Positions 35,646 through 43,853 of a stretch of DNA of 51,340 bases are shown piece by piece. The position numbers and the translations under genes are program-made. Every line of letters begins with the position of its first letter. Position 1 is the first letter of the stretch. Origin of the DNA: Candidatus Zixiibacteriota bacterium (GTDB lineage Bacteria > Zixibacteria > MSB-5A5 > WJJR01). Under the pieces are notes generated by a model that saw nothing but the letters and a program-made list of their open reading frames with translations, made no database searches and was not told the DNA's origin. The stretch is taken from positions 1-51,340 of the forward strand of contig JACQFV010000067.1 of the NCBI GenBank assembly GCA_016199865.1, read 5' to 3'.

Positions 35646-36701
35646 ATGCCTGAACTGCGTCGCGATCCGGTCAGTGGCCGCTGGGTGATCATTGCCACCG
35701 AACGCGGCAAGCGCCCTTCGGATTATCCGTCGCCGCCCCCGCGCAAGATGGACAGCAAGTTCTGTCCCTTTTGCCCGGGGAATGAAGCCGCCACGCCGCC
35801 CGAGGTGTGGTCCCTCCGGGCACCCGGAACCGGACCGAATGAGCCGGGGTGGACCGTCCGGGCAATTCCCAACAAGTACCCCGCTTTACGCATCGAAGGA
35901 GAATTGAACCGGGAAGGTGTGGGCATCTACGACAAGATGAACGGGATCGGCGCGCATGAAGTGGTCATCGAAACGCCGCATCATCACGAGAACCTGGTCG
36001 ACTTGAGTACCTCGCGCATCGCCGACGTCATGGCGGTCTGCCAGGAACGGGTCAACGATCTGATCAAAGACGACCGTTTCCGCTATGTCATGCTGTTCAA
36101 GAATCAGGGCGAATCCGCGGGGGCGTCGCTGGAGCATTCGCACACGCAACTCATCGCCACCCCGGTGGTGCCCAAGCGGGTGCTCGAAGAAATGGAAGGC
36201 GCCAAGCGCTATTACGCCGACAAGGAACGCTGCATATTCTGCGACATTCTCAGGCAGGAGCGTTCCGACGGCGAACGGATCGTCGATCAGAGTGAGTCGT
36301 TTATCGCCTATGCGCCCTTTGCCTCGCGATTTCCCTTTGAAGTCTGGATTGTGCCGCGGCCGCACCAGCCCGTCTTTCGCTCCATGGGCGAGGCGCACCG
36401 TCTGGAATTCGCCGAGATTCTGCGCCGCACGCTTCTGCGCATCAAGTTCACCCTCAACAATCCGGACTACAATTACATGTTTCATTCGGCGCCGTTCGGC
36501 CACGAAACGACGTCCGAGTATCACTGGCACTTGGAAATCATCCCCAAGTTGACCCGTGTGGCAGGCTTCGAGTGGGGCACCGGTTTCTACATCAATCCCA
36601 CGTCGCCGGAAGAAGCGGCCGAATGCCTGCGCAATGCCCGCCTCGATGAGGGAACGACGGAGACGCCGGTGCCAGCTGGGGCCGCGGAAGGAATTCACTG
36701 A
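35646..36701 (+). CDS. galT: Galactose-1-phosphate uridylyltransferase family (HIT-type nucleotidyltransferase)
   Basis: 'RRDPVSGRWVIIATERGKRP', zinc motif 'CPFCPGNE', active site 'HSHTQLIA', 'CIFCDI'. The alternative ATG at 35589 would add 19 aa. Confidence 0.88.
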   Translation: MPELRRDPVSGRWVIIATERGKRPSDYPSPPPRKMDSKFCPFCPGNEAATPPEVWSLRAPGTGPNEPGWTVRAIPNKYPALRIEGELNREGVGIYDKMNGIGAHEVVIETPHHHENLVDLSTSRIADVMAVCQERVNDLIKDDRFRYVMLFKNQGESAGASLEHSHTQLIATPVVPKRVLEEMEGAKRYYADKERCIFCDILRQERSDGERIVDQSESFIAYAPFASRFPFEVWIVPRPHQPVFRSMGEAHRLEFAEILRRTLLRIKFTLNNPDYNYMFHSAPFGHETTSEYHWHLEIIPKLTRVAGFEWGTGFYINPTSPEEAAECLRNARLDEGTTETPVPAGAAEGIH

Positions 36702-38227
36702 TGAAACGGCCGCTGCGCGTTTTGTACCTCAGTTCCGAAGTCGTGCCGTTTTCCAAGACCGGGGGATTGGCGGATGTCGCCGGGGCGCTCCCGGAGGCGC
36801 TGGCGCAACTGGGTTGCGAAATCCGAGTCCTCTCGCCTCACTATTCCGGCCAAAAGGGAGGCAAGCAACGCACCGTTTCGGCCACCACGGTGCCGATCAC
36901 AGTTCCGATCAACGGTCGGCCGCAATCACTGACTCTACAAACCCTGGCCGATGGCTCCAGCAATGTCCGGCATTACTTCGCCGAACACGCGGGGTACTTT
37001 TCTCGCGCCTCGCTCTACGTCGATCCGGCCACTGGGCGGGATTATCCCGACAACGATGAACGGTTCGTCTTCCTGTCGCGCGGCGCTCTCGAATGGATGC
37101 GCGTCGATCGCTGGCGTCCGGATATCATCCATCTGAACGATTGGCAGACGGCGACCACGGCGGCATTTCTGGCATTGCTGTACCGTGATGATCCGGCGCT
37201 GGTACAGGCGCGCACCATACTGACCGTGCACAATCTGGCCTACCAGGGACTCTTCGACGCTGAACGATTCGAAGTCTTGGGCCTCGATCCCGGGCTGTTT
37301 TTTCCCACTTCCCCATTCGAGTTTTGGGGCAAGATCGGTTTCCTCAAGACCGGACTTGTCTACGCGGACAAGTTGAACACGGTCTCGCCGACTTATGCGC
37401 GGGAGATTCAATCTTCGCCCGAATTCGGCTGCGGACTGGAAGGATTGCTGCGCGAACGCAGAGCCGACCTCTCCGGCATTCTGAACGGCATCGATGATGC
37501 GGTCTGGAATCCCGCGACTGATTCTTTGATTCCGCAGACATTCACGCCGGCCGCCCCCGCGGGCAAAAAGGCCAACAAACGCTATCTACTCGAACTCTGT
37601 GGCTTCGCAAAATCGCGTCAGGACCGTCCCCTGATCGGAATGATCTCGCGTCTTGCCGACCAGAAGGGGTTCGACCTCGTTGCCGAAGCCGCCCAACGCA
37701 TTTTCGCGCTCGACGTCAATCTCGTCCTGCTGGGCACCGGCGATCCTGCCTTCCATACCCTGTTCGAAGAGTGGAACAAGCGCTTCGCCACGCAATTCCG
37801 GGCCTTCCTGACCTTTGACAACAAACTGGCGCATCAGATCGAGGCCGGCTCCGACATGTTTCTCATGCCGTCACGCTATGAGCCCTGTGGCTTGAACCAG
37901 ATGTACAGTCTGCGCTATGGCACCGTGCCGATCGTCCGCGCCACAGGCGGTCTGGCCGACACCGTGTTCGATGCCGATGACGACGCCAAGCGCGGCAATG
38001 GATTTGTCTTCGTCGACTACACAGCCGAGGCGATGCTGGCGGCTGTCCGCCGTGCCGTGACCGCTTATGGCGCGCCCAAACGGTGGGCCACGCTGATGAA
38101 ACGCGGCATGGAAACGGATTTTTCCTGGCGGCGTTCGGCGCAGGACTACATCGCTCTCTACGAGGCCGCGCTCGCGGCTCCTCCTAAAGAACGCTCGTCC
38201 CAGCCCGCCGTTGCCGTGGGGCGTTGA
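36701..38227 (+). CDS. glgA: Glycogen/starch synthase
   Basis: 'EVVPFSKTGGLADVAGALP', 'HLNDWQT', 'NGIDDAVWNP', 'SRLADQKG', 'MPSRYEPCGLNQMYSLRYGT'. The start overlaps the galT stop by 1 nt. Confidence 0.95.
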   Translation: MKRPLRVLYLSSEVVPFSKTGGLADVAGALPEALAQLGCEIRVLSPHYSGQKGGKQRTVSATTVPITVPINGRPQSLTLQTLADGSSNVRHYFAEHAGYFSRASLYVDPATGRDYPDNDERFVFLSRGALEWMRVDRWRPDIIHLNDWQTATTAAFLALLYRDDPALVQARTILTVHNLAYQGLFDAERFEVLGLDPGLFFPTSPFEFWGKIGFLKTGLVYADKLNTVSPTYAREIQSSPEFGCGLEGLLRERRADLSGILNGIDDAVWNPATDSLIPQTFTPAAPAGKKANKRYLLELCGFAKSRQDRPLIGMISRLADQKGFDLVAEAAQRIFALDVNLVLLGTGDPAFHTLFEEWNKRFATQFRAFLTFDNKLAHQIEAGSDMFLMPSRYEPCGLNQMYSLRYGTVPIVRATGGLADTVFDADDDAKRGNGFVFVDYTAEAMLAAVRRAVTAYGAPKRWATLMKRGMETDFSWRRSAQDYIALYEAALAAPPKERSSQPAVAVGR

Positions 38228-38343
38228 CAAACTCCCGAACGCGCGTCATACTATCCCGACGGGCTCCGTTGCTCGCGAACGGAGCAAGACGTGCGGTGCC
38301 CGTCTTTCCGTCGACGAAGACATAGAGCGCAAGGGTCCAAACC

Positions 38344-38832
38344 GTGGTCGACACCTCCGGATACATCTATCTGACCCCCGAAGGGCACAGCAAGATGAAG
38401 TCCGAACTCAAGCGGCTGAAGACCGTCGAGCGGCCGCAGATCGTCTCGGAAATCTCCCGCGCCCGCGACTTGGGCGATCTCTCCGAGAACGCCGAATACC
38501 ACGCCGCCAAGGAAAAGCAGGTCATCTTGGAGCGCAAAATCTCCGAACTGGAGGACAAACTCCGGCGCATCAAGATGATTCCGGAGGGGAACATCGATGG
38601 CGGCCGCGCCTACTTGTTGTCCTTCGTCACGGTGAAGGACTTGAAGTCCGGGGAGCAGATTCGCTACCAACTGGTCTCCCCGGAGGAAGCCGATTTCGAT
38701 CTGGACCGCATTTCCATTCACGCGCCGGTCGGGCAGGGTCTCTTGGGCAAGGCCAAGGGCGATCGCGTCAGCGTCAAAGTCCCCGCCGGCGAACTGCAGT
38801 ACGAAATCCTCGACGTGCAGCGGCCAAAGTAG
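38344..38832 (+). CDS. greA: Transcription elongation factor GreA
   Basis: 'LTPEGHSKMKSELKRLK..RPQIVSEISRARDLGDLSENAEYHAAKEKQ' and 'ISIHAPVGQGLLGKAKGDRVSVKVPAG'. GTG start. Confidence 0.92.
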   Translation: MVDTSGYIYLTPEGHSKMKSELKRLKTVERPQIVSEISRARDLGDLSENAEYHAAKEKQVILERKISELEDKLRRIKMIPEGNIDGGRAYLLSFVTVKDLKSGEQIRYQLVSPEEADFDLDRISIHAPVGQGLLGKAKGDRVSVKVPAGELQYEILDVQRPK

Positions 38833-38968
38833 CAGATTGCAAGGCATAATCATTGTTCGTACCTCTCAGCTCGAAGGCGATTGAGCCGAAATAGACCCTA
38901 CGGCCGCCGACTGTAGAAACGTATAATACAAGAAAATGGAAATACAATCTCAATAAGGAGCAACCCAG

Positions 38969-39232
38969 ATGGCCGCCGTCAAAGTCGGCGTCAGCCGGCA
39001 GATCGTCATCCCCAAGAAAGTCTATGATCAGCTCCGGCTTTCCTCAGGCGATTACCTCGAAGTCGAGCTCAAAGGGGATCGCCTCATTCTCACCCCCAAG
39101 GAACTCGTCGATAAGCGTCTGGCCGAAAGTCTCGAGGATCTGAAAAAGGGGCGTATCCACGGGCCCTTCGCGACGGCCAAGGAGACCGTTCGCGCGCTTC
39201 GCGGTAGGCGTCCCAACAAGAGAACCAAGTGA
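38969..39232 (+). CDS. AbrB/MazE/SpoVT-family antitoxin
   Basis: 'KVGVSRQIVIPKKVYDQLRLSSGDYLEVELKGDRLILTP' (swapped-hairpin motif). aaggag RBS. TATAAT at 38922-38927. Confidence 0.8.
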   Translation: MAAVKVGVSRQIVIPKKVYDQLRLSSGDYLEVELKGDRLILTPKELVDKRLAESLEDLKKGRIHGPFATAKETVRALRGRRPNKRTK

Positions 39233-39348
39233 GGCTCGCTTACACGGAGCGATTCCAGCGCAGCTTCGACGACGCACCGTCGACCGTACGGCGCGCGCTC
39301 GTACGAAGAACAACGGCTCGGCAGGGGCCTCGCCCTCCCAGGACATAG
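39229..39348 (+). pseudogene. Truncated RelE/ParE-type toxin remnant (39 codons)
   Basis: GTGA overlap with the antitoxin stop. 'VRLAYTERFQRSFDDAPSTVRRAL' has the N-terminal beta-strand and helix pattern of RelE/ParE-superfamily toxins, then runs into an unrelated Arg/Pro tail and a stop. Confidence 0.5.
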
Positions 39349-39401
39349 TCCAGTTAGCAGCGGAATCTCTTGATTGAGATTCCCAGACCTTCTACCGGCA
39401 T

Positions 39402-39493
39402 GTGGAGGCCAGGCGTCCCCGCCTGGCCGTTGCTGCGCCGGGCGAGGACGCCCGGCGTCCACGGTCTAACGAGTCATTGTGTTAGAAGGTCTT
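39402..39493. repeat. Copy B of the ~92-bp intergenic element (55-bp core identical to 13215-13269)
   Basis: The core is 39408-39462. Flanking 'gtgga', 'tcattg' and 'agaagg' strings are also shared with copy A. Confidence 0.9.
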
Positions 39494-39532
39494 AGAAATG
39501 TTTTGAGGGGCTGATTCGTGGGGGAAAGAGTA

Positions 39533-39562
39533 GAACCCCCCGATCGCACGATCAGGGGGTTC
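39533..39562 (-). terminator. Stem-loop 26 nt downstream of the giant gene stop
   Basis: gaaccccc-c-gatcg..cgatc-a-gggggttc. On the minus strand it is followed by TACTCTTTCCCC, a weak U-tract. Confidence 0.5.
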
Positions 39563-39587
39563 AAAGACACGCATGACTCGTTGTTAT

Positions 39588-42500
39588 CTACTTCAGCAGC
39601 GTCATCTTCTTGATCTGGATGCCCTGCTGGGTCTGCACGCGGTACAGGTAGATTCCCGACGCCAGCTGTACGCCGTTGTCGTTGCGGCCGTCCCACCGGA
39701 CTTCGACCCAGCCGCCTGCGGTTTCGCCCTCGCTGTACCAGATGCGCCGTCCGGTGATGTCGTAGATCGACACCGAGTATGGACCGGGCTGATCGAGACC
39801 GAAACGGATGACCGTGCCGGCGTTGAACGGGTTCGGGTAGTTTTGCTGCAGGTTGAATCCGGTCGGCAACGGCGCTCCGTGGGCGAGAGTCGCCGGCAGC
39901 ACCTCGCCGTCGCCGGTGGACAGATCATAGGTCGAGACTGAAGCCCGCGCCGCATTGGTCATGGGAATCGTCACGACCGTGTGTCGTCCTGCCGGAATCT
40001 GCCGGGCCGTGCGGCTGTAGACGAGCACGCGCAGCTGGTTTCCTTCCAGATTTGACCTGATCTCCATGTCCGCCACGTCCGGTGTCAAGGCCGGTGTGCC
40101 GATTTCAGCGTCGCTGGGGACGTCGATCACAAAATGCGCGCCTCCGACCGCGACATCCGATTGCCACCCCAGTTGCAGGGCGCCGTCGGCAACGGTCGCC
40201 ACCACGTGGGCCGGATCGAGCGCCAAAATCTTCGGATTGCCACCCGGCAGCAGGGGCTGCTGATCGCCGGTGATGATCCGGATGAGGAAGATCAAGTCGG
40301 CCACCGTCAGCACGATCCCGTCGTCGTTCACGTCCGACGCCAAGAGTTGCGCCGCCTTGTAGACCGGGTTCCAGACCTTGTCACCGTAGATGAAGTAGTT
40401 GGTATAGAGCACGGCGTCGCCGACTTCATTGGCAATGCCGTTCAGATTCACATCGCCGCGATCGTCGGGCGGCTCCTGGATGCAAATCTGCCCATCGGTA
40501 AAGCAGATGGCTGATATTGGGTTGACCTTCGCTTGGGATTGGCAGGTGTCGTAGCGGACGCCGACGCCGATGAATGTCGTGTCGCCCGTCTTGTCCGAAA
40601 TCGTGTTGTCGCCGCAATCCAGCCAGCAGAAACGGATCGGGAGGCACTGCCCGATGAAGTTGCGGTCCGTCGTCACGAGGAACTTGATGGTGGCAATCAC
40701 GCCGTCGGGCAAAAACTCCTCCGCCGGGGGATGCGACGAACCATTGTTCATGTCGGCGATGCCGATGATGCGGATCAATCCCGAGGGACAGCCGATACCG
40801 CAATCGCCGCGCGTGCCGAGCCGGTAGGTGAAGTACTCCCAGTTCGGGATGACGCTGCCCTTCTGAGCGGTGACGAAGTTGACTCCGGTCGGGTCAAAGC
40901 AGAGCAGGAAATCATATCCGCCCAACAGGGCATTGGTGTGGTCAATTAGGATCGGCACAGTCACTGTTTCGCCGTTTAAGACGTCGAGCTGCGTGCCGCC
41001 GTTGATCGACACCCGGATCCGGCATTCGCAATCCTGGCCGGGGACGACGATGATCACCACGGTGTCGGCGTCGGTGAACTGACAGGAGTCGGTCACGTTC
41101 GCCATGATGGTGAAGAATCCGGTTCCCGTCGGAGTGAAGCAGATCATGTTGGCCGCGGTGTCAATCGTGGCGCCAGCCGGTCCCGAGGCCAACGATTCCG
41201 TCAGTTTGCTGAACCCGTTCGGATCGGACACCGTGTACGTGACGCATATCTGCGCCGGCGTGCACTGCTGGACCGTCTGATCGGGACCCAGCACGATCTT
41301 CGGCGGGCTGTTTAGCGTGACGGTGTAAACGACCGTGTCGCGATCTTCGGACCCGCATGAATCGGTCACCTTGGCGATGATCGTGTAGGTTCCCGACGAC
41401 CCGGGCGTGAAGCAAACCCTGCGGTTTAGCGTGTCGAGGAAGGCCGCGGGCGGACCGGACAGGAGCATGTCGGTCAATTTGCCGGGGCCGTTGGGATCGG
41501 AGACGACATACGGCGCGCAGATCTGCGACGGGGTGCAGAGCGTGACCGATTGATCGGAACCGAAGTCGATTGTCGGCGGGCCATTGTAGGTGACATGCAC
41601 GACGGCCGTGTCCATGTCAAAGGCGCCGCAGGCATCCGTGACGATCACGACAATCGTGAAGTTGCCGCTCGTGCCCGGCGTGAAGCAGACCTTGTTTCCG
41701 GCCGTGTCGATCGCGGTGCCGGCCGGGCCGGAAAGCAAATGCTCACCCAATTTGCCGAGGCCGTTCGGATCGGAAACCGTGTACGGCACGCAGATCGGCG
41801 CCGTGGCGCAGAGGAAGACAGTCTTGTCGACACCCAGATCGATCACGGGCGGACTGTTGAGCGTGACGGTGACGACGATGGTGTCATAGTCGACAAAGTA
41901 GCACGGCTCTTCTTCCCTGGCGATGATCGTGTAACTGCCCGACGCCGTCGGCGTGAAGCAGATCTTGTTGCCCGCCGTGTCGATCGTCGCGCTCGGCGGC
42001 CCGGAGACCAACGTTTCGATGATACCCGCCAGACCGTCGGGATCGGTTACGGTATACGGCACGCAGATCGGCGTGAGCGTGCACTGGAAGACAGACGTGT
42101 CGCGGCCGAAATTGATCTGCGCCAGTTTGTTGAACTTGTAGGTGACGTGGAATGACCCCTCGCAAAATGCCCCGCAGGTGTCGGTGCAGCGGATTGTGAC
42201 GGTGAACGACGTGTCGACGCCTGAGGGCGTGTAACACCAGGCGCCCTGGGCCAGGGCACCCGGACCGCTGATCAGAGCGCAAGTCGGCTTATGATCGCCG
42301 GTGGCGGATACAGCCAGACAGACCTGTGCCGGTGCGCACCGGTTATAGGTCTGGTCGGTTGGCAGGTAGCAGACCGGCGGCACGGCGGGTATCACCGTGA
42401 CGACGATCGTGTCGAGATCGAACGCGCCGCAGGAATCGGTCACTTTGGCGATGATCGTGTAGTTGCCGGTTACCGTCGGCGTGAAGCAGATCTTATTGGC

Positions 42501-43853
42501 CACCGTGTCGATGGAAGCTCCGGCCGGCCCCGAGAACAAAGATTCAGTCAATTTCCGCGGCCCATTGGGGTCGGAGACTGAGTAACCGACGCACACGGGC
42601 ACGGGTGGATTGCAGAGGGTGACCGAGGTATCGTTGCCCAAGACGATCAGCGGCGGGTCATTCATGTCAAAGGCGACGTGGAATGTCCCCTCACACGACG
42701 TGCTGCAGGCATCGGTACAGCGGATCGTCACATCCACACTCTGTTCGCCGGTCGGGGTATAGCACCAATTTCCGTTGGTCACTGCCCCTGGGCCGCCCAC
42801 AACTTTACAGATCACCGGCGGATTCAAACTGGTCGCCGTGACCGGCAGGCAGGCCTGGCTGGGCGCGCACTGGAAGATCGTCGTGTCGCGCGGCAGGATG
42901 CACACGGGCGGCTGCTTGGACTTGAACGTCGTCGTGAATTCGATGGAACACGAGTCGCCGCAGGCGTCTTTGCAGCGGATGATGACATGGATCGTCTCGC
43001 CGCCCAGGGGAGTGTAGCGGTACAGGTTGCCGCTGAGAATGCCTGGGCCGTACAAGACGCAGCTGGTCGCGCCCCCCTCCGGATCGACGTCGGTGAACGG
43101 CAGGATGAATTCGGCATTGGCGCAGATACTGGGCGCGACGGGCAGGAAATTGCAGACCGGCGGCTGGTTCAACGTCTTGGTCACGATCACCGTGTCCTTG
43201 TCCACCACGCCGCAGGAGTCGATCACCGTGACGATGATCGTGTCGGGCGCGCCGGTCGTGGCGGTGTAGCAGACCGTGTCGTTCGCCAGGGTCCCTTTGT
43301 TCACCGACTTGGTCTTGATGTTGTGGTCCGGATCGCTGAACCCGAAGGGTCCGACGCAGATCGACGCCGGCACACGGCAGAGCCAGACAGTCGTGTCGGG
43401 CGGGCCGGTCACGTTCGGCGGGTCATTGACGTCCACGGTCACCTTGACCGTGTCGCAGACCTTGACGCCGCATGAGTCGACGTCGCAGTCGATCAGCGAG
43501 TACGTTCCCGAGGTGTCGGGGACAAAACAGATGCTGGCGCCGTGAATGAAGCCAAACGGCACCTGCACCAGCACGATATTGTGGTCCAGATCGCCCTCGA
43601 TCCACGGCCCCCGGCAGATCGTGTCGCCGAGGCAGATGCGGACCGATGTATCGGCCGGCCCAATCACAAAGGGCGGCCGGTTGAAGTTGACGCAGACGGA
43701 GATCGTGTCGTAATCGCCGGCGCCGCAGGCGTCGGTCACTTTGGCGATGATCGTCCGGCACCCGGTCGCCGTCGGCGTGAAACAGACTTTGTTGTTGGCC
43801 GTGTCGATGGTCACGCCCGTGCCGGAGATCAACGATTCCGTGAGTTTCCCCAA
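39588..43853 (-). CDS. C-terminal 1421-aa part of a split giant surface protein: 11 Cys-rich ~95-aa modules, cohesin-like, dockerin-like, T9SS sorting domain; no signal peptide
   Basis: The listed TTG start is the Leu of the module motif 'SDPNGLGKLTE'. Cohesin-like 'VTVPILIDHTNALLGGYDFLLCFDPTGVNFVTA'. Dockerin-like 'GDVNLNGIANEVGDAVLYTNYFIYG..SDVNDDGIVLTVADLIFLIRIITGD'. CTD 'LQQNYPNPFNAGTVIRF..SGIYLYRVQTQQGIQIKKMTLLK'. Confidence 0.85.
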   Translation of the reverse strand: MGKLTESLISGTGVTIDTANNKVCFTPTATGCRTIIAKVTDACGAGDYDTISVCVNFNRPPFVIGPADTSVRICLGDTICRGPWIEGDLDHNIVLVQVPFGFIHGASICFVPDTSGTYSLIDCDVDSCGVKVCDTVKVTVDVNDPPNVTGPPDTTVWLCRVPASICVGPFGFSDPDHNIKTKSVNKGTLANDTVCYTATTGAPDTIIVTVIDSCGVVDKDTVIVTKTLNQPPVCNFLPVAPSICANAEFILPFTDVDPEGGATSCVLYGPGILSGNLYRYTPLGGETIHVIIRCKDACGDSCSIEFTTTFKSKQPPVCILPRDTTIFQCAPSQACLPVTATSLNPPVICKVVGGPGAVTNGNWCYTPTGEQSVDVTIRCTDACSTSCEGTFHVAFDMNDPPLIVLGNDTSVTLCNPPVPVCVGYSVSDPNGPRKLTESLFSGPAGASIDTVANKICFTPTVTGNYTIIAKVTDSCGAFDLDTIVVTVIPAVPPVCYLPTDQTYNRCAPAQVCLAVSATGDHKPTCALISGPGALAQGAWCYTPSGVDTSFTVTIRCTDTCGAFCEGSFHVTYKFNKLAQINFGRDTSVFQCTLTPICVPYTVTDPDGLAGIIETLVSGPPSATIDTAGNKICFTPTASGSYTIIAREEEPCYFVDYDTIVVTVTLNSPPVIDLGVDKTVFLCATAPICVPYTVSDPNGLGKLGEHLLSGPAGTAIDTAGNKVCFTPGTSGNFTIVVIVTDACGAFDMDTAVVHVTYNGPPTIDFGSDQSVTLCTPSQICAPYVVSDPNGPGKLTDMLLSGPPAAFLDTLNRRVCFTPGSSGTYTIIAKVTDSCGSEDRDTVVYTVTLNSPPKIVLGPDQTVQQCTPAQICVTYTVSDPNGFSKLTESLASGPAGATIDTAANMICFTPTGTGFFTIMANVTDSCQFTDADTVVIIVVPGQDCECRIRVSINGGTQLDVLNGETVTVPILIDHTNALLGGYDFLLCFDPTGVNFVTAQKGSVIPNWEYFTYRLGTRGDCGIGCPSGLIRIIGIADMNNGSSHPPAEEFLPDGVIATIKFLVTTDRNFIGQCLPIRFCWLDCGDNTISDKTGDTTFIGVGVRYDTCQSQAKVNPISAICFTDGQICIQEPPDDRGDVNLNGIANEVGDAVLYTNYFIYGDKVWNPVYKAAQLLASDVNDDGIVLTVADLIFLIRIITGDQQPLLPGGNPKILALDPAHVVATVADGALQLGWQSDVAVGGAHFVIDVPSDAEIGTPALTPDVADMEIRSNLEGNQLRVLVYSRTARQIPAGRHTVVTIPMTNAARASVSTYDLSTGDGEVLPATLAHGAPLPTGFNLQQNYPNPFNAGTVIRFGLDQPGPYSVSIYDITGRRIWYSEGETAGGWVEVRWDGRNDNGVQLASGIYLYRVQTQQGIQIKKMTLLK

